From the NCBI RefSeq assembly GCF_006345805.1, contig NC_043016.1, positions 29,140,001 to 29,204,000 on the forward strand: a DNA stretch of 64,000 nt, in the 5' to 3' direction. The notes under the pieces are model-generated. The model saw only the letters and a list, made by a program, of their open reading frames with translations, made no database searches and was not told the DNA's origin. Both the position numbers and the translations under genes were made by a program. Positions 50,860 through 64,000 of this stretch are shown one piece after another (the first letter of the stretch is position 1; every line of letters begins with the position of its first letter). The stretch comes from Octopus sinensis (taxonomy: Eukaryota).

Positions 50860-51040
50860 GTTTATCACTTAAACTGCATTTACCCTCACTGATGCTTGGT
50901 ACTATTCACTTCACTCAGTCCTTCCTTCCCAGAATGCCATCTTTCTGGGATTCCCTCTTTGAACATTTCTTTCCTGCAGTTGTGTCCTTTCAACAAGCTG
51001 AGTGGAACATTAAGTGTATCAATCTTGCAAATCATGGAGA
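50860..51040 (+). mobile_element. Possible CR1/L2 C-terminal remnant
   Basis: QSFLPRMPSFWDSL...FPAV resembles the SFFPRT..WNSLP..FP motif of this clade. Confidence 0.4.
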
Positions 51041-51413
51041 ACCTGTGAAGACTATGGGATCTGCCCCTTCCTTCAGACTGAACTAATAATAACCCTTTCT
51101 ATTAAAGGCATAAGGCATGACATTTTGAAGAAGGGGACTAGTCAATTACACCAACCCCAGTGTACTTAATTCATCAACACTAAAAGGATGAAAGGTAAAG
51201 TCAACCTCGGCAGAATTTGAACTCAGAATGTAGTGACAGACGAAATACCGATAAGCATTTTGCCCAGAATGCTAATGATTCTGCCAGTTTGTCACCTCAA
51301 TAACAATAATAAAAGGCAAAATTAGCATAGTTGACCATTTGTAAGGGAGAAAATGGGTGAAAGGGGGAATAACAGAACTCTGCTTTTCTGTGGGGGAACA
51401 ATTGTGTGTGTGT

Positions 51414-51457
<44 letters not shown>

Positions 51458-51458
51458 G

Positions 51459-51520
<62 letters not shown>

Positions 51521-51994
51521 AATACAGCATCTGGGAGTAAGGCACAGAAACGATATGTCAGGAGGAGAGTAGGCCTGGGTGGTAAACATATTCTGCAGCT
51601 ATTTCAGAGTATAAGGGACCATTGTAGAAGTGGTAGCAAAGGTAGAGAGGGAGGACACAGTGTGTCTATAAGCTGGTGCTTGTTATTGTTGCTGTCATCG
51701 TTAGTAACTGAATCAACATGAATCAATTAAATAACTTCTTTTTTTTTTTTTTGGGATACGAATATGAAATCTTAGGCAAGACGTGGAGAAAAAAAAAATA
51801 GTGAGCTTTATTATTTTAGATATAACATGGTAAATATCAACTGAATCTTTTAAAGAATGTTTGGTTGGAATATCAACTGCATGGCACAGCCCTCACCACT
51901 ATCACTTCCCCTCACAACCCCTACACACACACACACAATAAGTAGCAACAGCTGTACAGTCACCAGATGTTGGTGCTAAATATGTTATTTTTAC

Positions 51995-52080
51995 CTTCCT
52001 AAGAAGTACCTAACTCTCTGCCGAACACTGCAACCAAAACAAACCCTTTCCTGACCGGTATGATTGAAACAGAATGCCAT
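51995..52080 (-). CDS. Candidate upstream or first coding exon (86 nt, ends phase 2): MAFCFNHTGQERVCFGCSVRQRVRYFLG(S)
   Basis: Begins aagATGG (good start context, also a possible ttcttaAG acceptor). Donor GAAG|GTAAAA gives the phase 2 needed by exon 45232. An alternative donor at 52010 is also phase 2. Confidence 0.4.
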
Positions 52081-52626
52081 CTTAAGAAATCCCTCAAATA
52101 CATGCCAGATAAATACAGAATTCATGTGCAACTACGTTGTTTCGGTTGAAAGTTACACCAAGGATTCCAAAAGAGAAAGAAAACAAAGAAAAAATATATA
52201 TATATAATAGATGTTAAATAGTCATATGTCAATTCAGAATTTAAATTTAAAATTTCACCAAAAATAACTTAAAAAAAAACTTTCGTGTTTGTAAAATGTA
52301 AAAAAGGATGTATATTCTTTGTTATTTTTCCTGTTTTTAATGATAATCCTTAAAATGGTACGGTTGAGGTGGGGTCGGGGAATAAAAGCCAACAAAGGAA
52401 GCTTCTGTAGAGTCATCTAACATGTTTTATGTAGCAGCTTCAAATTCTTCCTTATCAAATTTCTTGCTTCATTTAAAACGAATGGTGATAGAGTTAGAGG
52501 AGATGGGAGGAGAATCTTGAAGTCCTTAATGTTAGGTCAGCATGCCACAAATAAATGGTAAAGACAGAATGGAATTCTAACGGAAGACTGAAATTCATCA
52601 CAGACAATGTGAATGAGTGAATGCGT

Positions 52627-52679
<53 letters not shown>

Positions 52680-53047
52680 AGTGAGAGAGAGATGTATGAG
52701 TGTGTAGTGTGATGTGGTGCAACTGGGTGAATGTGTGTGAGGTGAGTATGTGTGACAGATGTGTGTGGATGAGTGTGATGCAAGTATATCTGTATTTGTG
52801 TGATGTGGTGGTGGTGTGGAGTATGCGTGTTGCTTCTTTGTGGATCTTAGCTCCACTCAGTCCTACCAAACAGACCAACAATCAAAGTTATTACAATCAT
52901 GTCCATCCAGACATAATGTTAACTATGTTACATTATCAAATATACCCTTTCAATTTTTTTCAACACAGTGATTTGAGATTTGGCTGTTATATCTAGTATG
53001 TTGAAGGACCACACAGAAGTGCCTTATTATGTACATACCTAGTTAGA

Positions 53048-53440
53048 TTTTACTCTTTTATTTGTTTCAGTCATTTGACTGTGGCCATGCTGGAGCACCG
53101 CCTTTAGTCGAGCAAATCGACCTCAGGACTTATTCTTTGTAAACCTAGTACTTATTCTATCAGTCACTTTTGCCAAACAACTAAGTTACCGGGATGTAAA
53201 CACACCAGCATCGGTTGTCAAGCGATGTTGGGAGGACAAACACAGACACACAAACATATACACACACACACATACATATGATGGGCTTCTTTCAGTTTCC
53301 GTCTACCAAATCTACTCACAAGGCTTTGGTTGACCCGAGGCTATAGTAGAAGACACTTGCCCAAGGTGCCGCGCAGTGGAACTGAACCCTGAACCATGTG
53401 GTTCATAAGCAAGCTACTTACCACACAGCCACTCCTACGC
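53048..53440 (-). mobile_element. SINE family A, full copy, reverse
   Basis: Same diagnostic blocks as 43215-43604. Confidence 0.85.
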
Positions 53441-53739
53441 ACACATTTTATTTTCTGTTGGAAAAGCTATGTCTGTAACATTAATTCCAATTTTCCTTTA
53501 CAAATAATTCTTATCACACCTACTCCCACTGCTGCCACCACCACTACCTCTGCCCCAATTCTTTAGTTCCTAATTACATTTCTTGAAGTTATGGCATTAG
53601 GGGCTGTTTAGATAGCCATTTCTGTAGAACACCAGACTAAATGTTCCAATGTGTCTATCTTAGTATTGTGTTCAAATTACATTAACACTAACTTCACCTG
53701 TTATCTCCACCCCTGGGAGTGAAAGATGGTAGTTAATAT

Positions 53740-54990
53740 TAATACCTTCAAATTTTAGCACAAGGCCATTTTTTTTTAGGGGAAGACAGTAAGTTGATAA
53801 CGTTGACACCCAGCACCTGACTGGTAGTTTATTTTATATTTTATCAAGCCCGAAGGGATGAAAAGCAATGTTGACCTCAATGGAATTTGGACTCCAAACG
53901 TAAATAGTTGGAAGAAATATTAGTTTCAGAATTTCGTCTGTTTTTACGTTCTGAGTTCAAATTCTGCCTAGGTTGACTTTGCCTTTCATCCTTTTGGGGT
54001 CGCTAAATTAAGTACCAGTTGTGTACTGGGGGACAATCTAATCAACTGGTCCCCTCTCCAAAAGTTTCAGGCCTTGTGCTTAGAGTAGAAAATATCAGTT
54101 TCAGATTTAGGTACAAGGCCTGAAATTTTGGGGGAGGGGCTAAGTTGATTACATCAACCCCAGTGTTAAACTGGTACTTGTTTTATCAAGCCTGAAAGGA
54201 TGAAAGGCAAAAATCGGCCTCAGTGGAATTTGATCTCAGAACATGAAGACGGATGAAATGCTGAGCATTTAACCTGGCATACTAAGGATTCTGCCATCTC
54301 GCTGCCTTAATAATAATAATTTTTTCTATTATAGGCACAAAGTCTGAAATTTTGGGAGAGGGGGAAAGTCAATCATATCGACCCCAGTACTTTATTGGTA
54401 CTTAATTTAATGACCCCAAAAGGATGAGAAGCAAAATCGACCCAAGTGGAATTTGAATTCAGAGCGTAAAAGACAAATGAAATACCACTAAACATTTTGC
54501 CCGAGTGCTAATGATTCTGTCAGCTTGCCATCTTTAGGTTGTAAAATTATGAATTAGCTGCCCATATTATTTATAATTTTCAATAATAATAATAATAATC
54601 CTTTCTACTACAGGCAGAAGGCCTGAAATTTGGTGGAGGGGCGTAAAGTTGATTATATCAACTTGAAATACAGTGGGAGGGCGTAAAGTTCAACTGGTGC
54701 TTGTTTTATCAAGCCCAAAAGGATGAAAGTCAACCTAAGCAGAATTTATCTCAGAACGTGAAGACAGACGAAGTGCTGCTTAGCATTTTGCCTGGCATAC
54801 CAATCATTCTGCCAGCTCGCTGCCTTAGCAGCAAAAAATATTGCTAAGCATTTTTCTTTTGTCTGATGTGCTAACTTCCAGCTCTTTTACATTCTGAGTT
54901 CAAATCTGCTGAGGTCGACTTTTGCCTTCATTCCTTCTAGGTCAATAAAGTAAATACCAGTAGAATACTGAGGGTCAATGTAAAACTGTC
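53740..54990. repeat. Cluster of about 6-7 family B SINE copies in mixed orientation
   Basis: Mostly minus copies, with plus-oriented copies at about 53930-54095 and 54850-54990. Confidence 0.8.
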
Positions 54991-56150
54991 AACTGCCCCT
55001 AGGTAATCTTGCTGCTCCTAGTTGACCTTATGGAGTGAGATCAATCAATCGCCTTTATTAAAAATGACAGATGCTCTTAGTAGATTTTACAAAATTGGTT
55101 TTATGGCAAAAAAAATTAAATCCATATTTCTTGTAACTGTGCATTTTATTCAGTTTGTTTTATTACTTTTGTTATTTTTCCTTCAATGATTGGCTAACTC
55201 CCGAGAATGTCTGTCACCAATATTTGTCTTTTTCACTTTAAAGCACTTACACACACACACACACACAATCTTGAGTTATTTCTTTCCAATCTCCCATCTA
55301 CCCTCTATTATTCCAATTAATGTTGACAGCCGACAGTTGTAATCTACCTGATATCCAGAAAATTTACCATCAAGTCCATGACAGTAATTTTTATCTTGTC
55401 AACATCCAACAAAATTTATAACAACGATGGCAACTGGGGAAGTGTGAAGGCCTATGGTTCACACAGCATTAATACTGTGGTGGGGTAGTAGTCTGTTTCA
55501 TAACCACATGGTTCCAGGTTCATTTCCTTTTTAGGTATCTCTTACCATAACCTGAGTAAAATTACCATGTGTATGTGTGTGTGTGTGTGTGTGTATATAC
55601 ATACATACATACATCATCCTTTAACATCCGTTTTCCATGCTGGCATGGGTTGGACAGTTTGATCAGAGCTGGCAAGCTGGAGAGTTGCACCAGATTCCAG
55701 TCTGATTTGGTTTAGTTTCAATGGTTGGACGTCCTTCCTAATGCCAACCACTTTACAGTATATGCTGGGTTACTTTTAACATGGCACCAGCATGACCACT
55801 TTTATGAGATGCCAGCATGAGTGCTTTTTACATGGTACCAGCACAGGACTTTGTAGGCCAATCCACTTTAATGTGTGTGTAAGCTATCTAGGAGTCCACA
55901 AGTTAGGAAAAAATGCACTCGTATAGCTTTTAGTGGAATGGGTATATTAATTGAAGTGTACAGTATTAAATATCTACTACAATTGGTAAGATCAGCCATA
56001 ATGGATATATAATACAGTGCACTCTGATTAATATGTGTATATATATATATTCTTTTATTTCTTTCAGTCATTTGACTGCGACCATGCTGGAGCACCGCCT
56101 TTAGTCAAGCAATGTTGGAGGGACAAATACTCACACACACACACACACAT

Positions 56151-56187
<37 letters not shown>

Positions 56188-56589
56188 GCTTCTTTCAGTT
56201 TCTGTCTACCAAATCCACTCACATGGCTTTTGTCAGCCCAAGGCTATAGCAGAAGACAACTGCCCAAGGTGCCACGCAGTGGGACTGAAACTGGAACCAT
56301 CTGGTTAGGGGGCAAGCTACTTACCACACAGCCACTCTTCTCTCTCACACACACACACATCTATTTTCTTTTATCTGTGTGCATGTGTGTGTGTGTGTGT
56401 GTATACACACACACACATACCGATATGCCAACATATTACTACATTTCAGGCATGTGTCTCCTGCTATAGCCCTGTGCAACTATACTATACTATACTACAA
56501 TTTTTCTAGCTTGGTTTTTGCTGAGATGTGCATATCTAAGGTAGATTATGCTTCCCAGTTATTTAAGATGTGAAGTATTTGCTGTTTAA

Positions 56590-57032
56590 CCCTTTAGCAT
56601 TCAAATTACTCTCTCAAATGTAATACTTATTAATTTATATTGTTTTGAATTAATCATGAATTATCTTGTAGCTTCAAGATTTCAATGATGTCATAGTTTA
56701 TACTTAGAATGACATTTTAGGGTAGGTGTGAGAAGCCAAATTTGGCCAGTTGGAACATAAAACAGGATATTTAAGCTGGTTATATTTGGTTTAAATGCTA
56801 AAGGGTTCAGATTACTCTGTTAAATGCAATACTTTTTCACTCAAATCGTTTTGATTTAATTATGCATTATCTTATAGCTTTGAGGTTTCAGTGATGTGAC
56901 TTGTCTACTTTTTACAATGTCAGTGTAGGTTAGGTGTGAGAGGCTAGATATGGCCAGTTTGAATGTAAAACGTGTAGAATATTTGGACTGGATATGGCCG
57001 GTTTAAACACTAGAGGGTTAAATGCTAAAGGG
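56590..57032. mobile_element. piggyBac-like MITE family P2, tandem or nested dimer
   Basis: TTAA-CCCTTTAGCATT ... AATGCTAAAGGG-TTAA, with the roughly 215-bp body repeated twice. Confidence 0.8.
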
Positions 57033-58349
57033 TTAAAAGAATAAACAAGTTAGAGAGTAAAAAACTTAAAAGTTAAGAAAATTAAAACCAAAATGCAGTA
57101 AAGTGAAATAAAATGATAAAAACTGATACAAGAATGAAAAAAATAATAAAATAAAAGAACTAAGATAAAAACTAAAAAATAAAGAAATACAAAAACCAAA
57201 ATAAAATGTAATAAAATAACTTTAAAATACACAGAAAATAAAATGAAATAAAATAAACGGTAACATACAGTGAAGTAAGAGACATAATATACATTGAAGT
57301 TAAAATACAATGAGGTATATAAAATATAAACCCACAGAAGGCAAAGTAATAGAAGTATAATGCCATTGTATAATGATGTGATTGATATGGGCAAACACAC
57401 AATAATACAGAAAGAAAACGAAAAATACAAATAATGAAAAAAAAATCATAAAAAATAACAAAAGTAACAACAACAAAACTAAAAAAATATAATAAAATCA
57501 GAGTCTTTCTATCATTCATAAAAATATATAGATAGATGTGAGTGTAGATCTGTGAAACTAAGAAAACTGAGGAAAGTAAGAAAATTACCTTTACTATTTG
57601 AATTATGTATCATCCGAAATCTCACAGACCATTGTTTATGAGTTTTATCTGATTCAATACCTCACCTGATTGATTCATAGTTATCTATAGAATAGTCTAA
57701 ATGTTTTATTATAAATGTTTACGTCATATGGCTAATACTTATCTTATTTATAATGTCACACTCAGACATAAGTATTAAGAGTAACACTTCTAGGTGAAGT
57801 TTGTTCATATGTTGTAAGGTGATGCTCTGCTCAATATTGACCACTCTAAATCATACTTAGTTTTGTTATCCTTAAGGTGCCACATTAGCTTATTAAGCGA
57901 CATCAAACTTTCCTTATTTCCTATGTTTAAATTATGAGACATGGTGATAAAACCGAAGTTTGAAAGCTGTTGTGCAACATTTTATGTAATGGAAACATCA
58001 TGACCAAGCACTTACACACAATGTCCATAAAACATTGTTTATTTAATGGATATGTATTTGTCTCCCTACAGTTACTACTATTATTTTTGTTTTTAAAATT
58101 ATTATTATTATAATAATTTATTATTCCTGAAGTTGTTGTTATTCTTATTGTTGTTGCAGCTCCTACTCTTGTGGTTATCCCTATTACTATTACACATTAC
58201 TATTCCTATCATCCTCATTATCCTTATTATTATCATTAGTGTCAACCTTACCTTTAGTATTTCTACTGGCATCGCCAATGCCCGTATCCCTAATATTTCT
58301 CTTGTTATTTTTATTACTTTTATTATCATGCTTTATATATATATATATA

Positions 58350-59838
58350 CTGAACTACAAAAGAAATGATGTACTGTAAAAGATTTTGTTTCACATATGA
58401 TATTGAGATTATATGGATTTTATCACATTTCTAGGTAATTTGACATCAGGAAGATGTCATTGACCTACAACACTCTCTTTTAAAAATACAAGGATTGCAT
58501 GTAGGGTTTGAACGTGCTCACTTTTCAAGTACATGGTAATGCTTGCAAATACATCTTTATAAAAAGCATGATGCACATGCAAAACGTTGATTCATTGGGT
58601 ATAAAAGGCACCCAAATTTACCAGACTGTCATCTGTTTCCCGAACACAGCAAGCATGGCAAGACTGAGACAACATAAGAGGGGAGCAAGCCATTGGATGT
58701 CTCAATGCTGGTCAATGTCCATGGTTCATTGCTAATGACTTGAACTGCAGTATTTGGACAATTGGGGGGGGGGGGCTGAGAGAATGGTACAATTCCACAA
58801 ACAGCACAGATGATCATCCATGCAGTGGCCGACCGAGAGTTACAACAGCATGTCAAAATTGCCACCTGCACTGACAACAATTGCAGGACTGATTCTAGAG
58901 GGCAATGTAATTAGCTAGCAGACCATAGGGCCTCATCACATCCCATTTGTGCAGAGACAGTTCACTGCCAGTTGAGATCTTTCAGTTTGTCTTGTCAACA
59001 TCCAGCTAAGTGCTCCTTCCTCACAGATCTTCATTGACAGGCATGTCTGTATGGGCTCAAGAACATCAGAACTGGTGATATCAGCAGTGGAGGACTGTAG
59101 TCTTCTCTGATGAAAGTCATTATTGCATTTTTGTGGCAGATGGCAGAGCTAGAGTTTGGAGAAGAAGGGGTGAATGTCATGCCGATGGCTGTGTAGTGGA
59201 AAGAGACTCATGGAGAGGATAGAGTATCATGGTATGGGGAAGGATTGCACTCAACTGGCCAAGATGAGTAACCACTGCTTGCTGCATTGACCAAGTGTTG
59301 AGGCTTCACATTGTGTCATACTTTGCCCATCATTGGAACCTTGTGTTCTAACATGACAATGCCTGTGCCCATACCGTTAGGTTGACAACAGACTTCCTCC
59401 AACAGCACAACATCCAGACACTGCTATGGTCTGCCCTAAGTCCAAACTTAAACCCCATAGAGCACGTGTGGGATGAAATCCAAAGAAGGTTAAATGACAT
59501 CTGTCCAAGGCTGACAACTATAGCACAACTCACTGCAAGCTTTAACAGAGTGTGAGTTGCTATCCTCATGGCCTTCATCAATCATTTGGTGCATTCATTG
59601 TTCAGAAGATGCCTGGTGGTAATCAATGCTAACTTTCAGATATTGAGTTCATCTCTTTGGATCCAAGACACTCCATCATCACAGGACATCATGTGACATT
59701 AAACAGGTTTCAGGAAATGATGTTTTATCATTAGGAAAGAACAGTTTCTTAATTAGCACTCTACAATCAATACTATGGCAGTCTATTAATAAACTGGTTT
59801 CTACTTAGCTTGTGTGTGACGTTTCTTTTGTGGTTCAG
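58350..59838 (+). mobile_element. Tc1-family transposon (DD34E), full length but decayed
   Basis: TIRs CTGAACTACAAAAGAAA / TTTCTTTTGTGGTTCAG flanked by TA. Peptide remnants MARLRQH, DESHYC, IMVWG and HDNACAH...SPNLNPIEHVW (34-residue D-E spacing). Confidence 0.9.
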
Positions 59839-60781
59839 TATATATATAAATATATACTTTAAATTTGTTTATGGGAAATGTTTTAAATATGTAAATAATG
59901 CTCCTATTCTATTATGTCAGCCACAGTCTAATGGAAATGCATGTAGCGATGCATTAAATATTCATAAATTCCATCCAAGGATTATTATTATTATAATTAT
60001 TATTATATATACTTTTTTCTTTTACTTGTTTCAGTCATTTGACTGTGGCCATGCTGGTGCAACGCGTTTAGTCAAACAAATTGACCCCATGACATTCTTT
60101 TTAAACCTAGTACTTAGAGACATAAACACACCAATATCATTTTTCAAGTGATGGTGTGGGGACAAATACTGACACATAAACATGTACATATATATACGAC
60201 CGGTTTCTTTCAGTTTCCATCTACCAAATCCATTCATAAGGCTTTGGTTGGCCCAAGGCTTTAGTAGAAGACACATGCCCAAGGTGCCACGCAGTGGGAC
60301 TGAACCCAGAACCATGTGGTTGGTAAGTAAGCTACTTACAACACAGCCACTCCTAAACCATAAAATTAGTGCTAGACTGCAATCAATATTAAAGTCTATA
60401 TATTTGCCTAAAACCTTGAAGTCCCTTTTCATTGAAAGTGGTAAAAAGAACATAGTTCCAAATTACAACAGTTGTGAAGTTAAAGTGTTGGTCTATGTGG
60501 TGAGAAACCTGAATCTGGTATTAAGTACATTATATAAAGTACATATGTAAAGTACATAACTGTTTGCTTCAATAATACAATAATATGGCTGTGAGCATTC
60601 TCAATGTACATTGCAGGGTCTCAGTGTTTTAATGTGACCAATTGAAATTATACAGCAATTAGACAACTCATGCTAGAGGTATTTCAAATTTAAAAGCAGC
60701 AAGGGAGAAAACTCCAGTAAAATCAGGCAATGGGATTTGGTAGTGGTGGTGGGAACAACAAAGAAGCTCTATGGGCTTACT

Positions 60782-60957
60782 AATATCCATGCAATTAGTA
60801 AGCAAAACCTCCCTCTAGTAGTATATTAAAATTTCAAAAGGACAAGGAAGGTAACTTTATTATGAAAAGAAAACAGTAACTTCATTACCTTCTTTGCCCA
60901 TTTGAAATTTTAATATACTACTAGCGGGAGGTTTTGCTTACTAATTGCATGGATATT
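60782..60957. repeat. Long near-perfect inverted repeat (73-bp stem, 30-nt loop)
   Basis: 60782-60838 and 60901-60957 are 56/57 complementary; an inner 16-bp extension has three differences. Confidence 0.92.
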
Positions 60958-62529
60958 CTCAGAGTTTTCCATCTCACTATTAAGACCCTTGCTTAATTTG
61001 TCTGACTGAACAAAATATATAAAATAGAAAAGACAAGAAAAGCAGTCTCCACTCAAGCTTCACGGTTGAGTGTTTACAATTATAAAGAGCAGCCAGGTGT
61101 AAAAAATTAATAGAAAATTATCTCATCTATGTAAGAATGGGGAAAAAAATCCATCTGTCTGTCGCCTGTCTGTCTGTCTATCTATCTATCTATTTATCAA
61201 CCTGTTTGCCTACTTACCTACCTGCCTGCCTACCAACTTATCTGCCTGTCTACCTGTTTGTCTATATGCCATCATTCTGCCTGCCTATCTGCTTTTATCT
61301 GCCTACCTATCTGTCTGTCGATGGTATGTATTTGTATCACATGCTCACACCACTGCATTAATCTCTTGTATAAAACAGCTGATGACTTCACTAGTGATAT
61401 GCAGTTCTCAAGAAGACCCATCCAACTCAGTGAAACTAAATTCTAGATGTGCTGTGTGTGTGTGTGTGTGTGTGCATGCGCAACTGGGTGCTTCGCTCAA
61501 TTTCCTCTTCCGAGACAACATCACCACCCACCATTCGTAACAGCAACTTTTTTTTTTTTTGATACTATTAACCTTTCTCACTATCTGGAACATTTCACTA
61601 CATATCCATCCCTCATCCTCAATATTGTCTTCTCCACCCACATTTTACATTGATTCCCTTCCCTTGATCCACCATCTCTCTCCCTCTCTCCGTATACTAT
61701 GGCTATCTCTCCCCTATATTCTTGCAACCTACCCAACCAAACGTCATCTCGCTCAGTTTCATCCTTTCACAGTCCACTGTATCATCATTATTACCTTTCT
61801 GATAGTCTTCACTCCAATACATCATTAGTTACCTCCCTCCTTAATCAACCACTCAATGCTATTTAATCTCTACAGTTGTTACCTACTCTTCCCTACTTCC
61901 CTTACTTATCCCTCAACATCTATTCTTCTTTCACTATATTTGCTCCTTCATCCATTCCTCACCTCTCACTTTCCCAACACTTTCTTGCAAACTCTACATA
62001 CCCACACTTCTGATTCTTTTATCCTCACTCACTTCTACTCATCTCATACCTTAAAGATTCACCCTGATACCTCATCACCACTATTTTTATCTCTTCTCAG
62101 CTCCACTCAATCACCCCACTACCCTCTCTTCTGAAATATGAGTAGCCATGTGGCTCCTCTATATTAAGGAACCCCATTCTGCTCTGGCCCCATCTCTCAT
62201 ACTCTAACCCCTCATCTCCTTGCATAAAGTCACCTCTCATGGGGTTTGTAGTCTTGTAAGCTACATGGCAACGTCACTAGTGTTAGTGGCGGGAGAAAAA
62301 AAGCACCCAATACATATTGTAAAGTAGTTGGCATTATGAAAGGCAAACAGTTATAGAAACTATATCAAAACAGACATTGGAGTATGATGCAGGACTCATT
62401 TGGATCCTGTCAAACAAAGCAAATCATGCCAGCATGGAACATGGACATTAAATGATGATGGGGATGATGACAACTTCAATTCCAAATACCCCCATCATGC
62501 CTCTTTTTTTGCTCAGTGTTATATATAAC

Positions 62530-62810
62530 CATGGAGGTGCAATGGTTAGAGGATCGCGGTTTCGATTCCCAGACCAAGCGTTGTGTGTTTATTGAGCAAG
62601 AACACCTAAAAGCTCCATGAGGCTCCAGCAGGGGGTGGTGGCAACCCCTGTTGTACTCTTTCGCCACAACTTTCTCTCACTCTCTCTTCCTGCTTTCATG
62701 AGTAACACTGTGATGGACTGGTGTTCCGTTCAGCTGGGGGGAACACATATGCCACAGAAACCAGGAAACCGGGCCCACGAGCCTGGCTAGGCTTGAAAAG
62801 GGTGATGTTA
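62530..62810 (+). mobile_element. SINE family D variant (same head, different 3' half); the 3' half also occurs reversed at 11830-11990
   Basis: Shares gatcgcggtttcgattcccagac...cacctaaaagctcca.gaggctcc with 20432-20739. Confidence 0.7.
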
Positions 62811-63504
62811 TGTTATATATAACTCAACAGTACACATCTAACAGATCACATACACATAAACACATGCGCGCACGCACACACACACACACAGTGTGTTTTT
62901 CTGAAGTACCAATGATATCCCTGAAGCTCTTGTTAATTCATTATAAAACAAAAACCATCTCATTAAAAAAAAAAAAGATACCTTGCTACAGGTTCAATAA
63001 GAAATCTATATGTTTAACAATTCCCACCCTCATGTTCACCCCCACCTCACCCCTTCCACCACCACCACCCACCACCACACAGATCATCTGACAATCTCAG
63101 AGAATGAGAACTGACATAATTTCTAATGAAACAATTAGTCATTTACCGTATTTACTTTGTGCTGAGAGCAGAACTACTTTCTGTTGATTGTGCCAAGATA
63201 AACTAGAATCCAATACAGTTTTATGGTTGAATACAAGTTAGAAATTGTGAGAAAAAAAAAAATATTTATATAAATAATGACTGAATATGCTGTTAAATAA
63301 CAAACCTAACAGTGGTGGCAGTAGGAAACAAAAACAAAAACAAAACAAAAGCAAAAAGAAAAAAAAAACTGAGTTAAAAATGAAATACATTGAACACTTG
63401 ATGTAAAAGTGAAATAATAGGTGAGAAAATAAAGTGTCAATGCATGTGTGTACGTGTTGTATGCTTGGTGTTTCTGAAATGATATTGGAATAATAATAAT
63501 AATA

Positions 63505-63551
<47 letters not shown>

Positions 63552-64000
63552 GACAATGATGAAGAAAGAAGAAAAAGAATTCAGAAAAACATCAGATGTT
63601 GTGGAACGGTGCAGGGAAATTTATTTCTATTGTCAGTGATGGAATCAATATCTAAACAAAGTACTCTGGTGATTACACTCTTACACTCTAAATATAACTA
63701 CTACTACTACTACTACCACCACCATTGCTGCTACCACCACTACTACTAGTACTACCATCGCCACCACAACAATCACTTCTATTAAAAACACCACTACTAC
63801 CACCATTATTATTATGGCAATGATTGTTTGCCAATATGATGATATGAAAGTCTGTAAATAATGGTTAAAAAATCTGGGGGGAAAAGTGCACCTGTCCATT
63901 AGCATCACAGCAACACATGCACACAGATATGCACTTATATGTACAATAAATAAATTGTAAAATTACCTAATTAGAGTTAACTGGACTCAACTGACATGCG

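Noticed and set aside
55348-55460. Possible alternative first exon MDLMVNFLDI ending AG|GTAGAT (phase 2)
   Set aside because: Short with a weak donor; chance occurrence is likely.
57040-57520. 126-aa and 115-aa hydrophobic minus-strand ORFs
   Set aside because: Degenerate (TAAAA)-rich low-complexity tract.
59100-59120. CTGATGA hammerhead core
   Set aside because: It is the Ser-Asp-Glu codons of the Tc1 transposase, with no stems.
63148-63203. Possible minus-strand exon FILAQSTESSSALST
   Set aside because: Weak polypyrimidine tract and two competing weak donors.
1-64000. Most entries in the six-frame ORF track (YIYI, THTH, LSLS, CVCV and poly-V peptides, and MLQHG/MWLVSKLL-type peptides)
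   Set aside because: They are translations of microsatellites and SINEs with no splice or homology support.

Overview
AT-rich, intron-dominated animal genomic DNA, most likely from an octopod cephalopod (inferred from its SINE families and dense TA/CA/GA/ATT/GAT microsatellites). There is a 100-N assembly gap at 35763-35862. The window lies inside one large minus-strand protein-coding gene. Three exons join in phase (45178-45232, 39030-39759, 14370-14458) and encode a K/E/S-rich, probably disordered region with two tau/MAP-like 'VKSxxxS' motifs; I cannot name the gene. Several further exon candidates suggest a 5' exon, a cassette exon and alternative 3' ends, and one strong antisense (plus-strand) exon sits at 25976-26099. 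The introns hold dozens of SINE copies from at least four families, decayed LINEs (RTE, RTE-BovB-like, R4/Dong-like, CR1, Penelope-like), DNA transposons (mariner D34D, Tc1 DD34E, rosa-like) and non-autonomous elements (piggyBac-, hAT- and pogo-like MITEs, Helitrons). The most interesting signals are minimal hammerhead-ribozyme motifs in TA-microsatellite-embedded elements with long inverted repeats, and two long intronic fold-back hairpins (36465-36657, 60782-60957). No CRISPR arrays, rRNA or true tRNA genes were seen. All family assignments come from reading motifs by eye; no database search was run.
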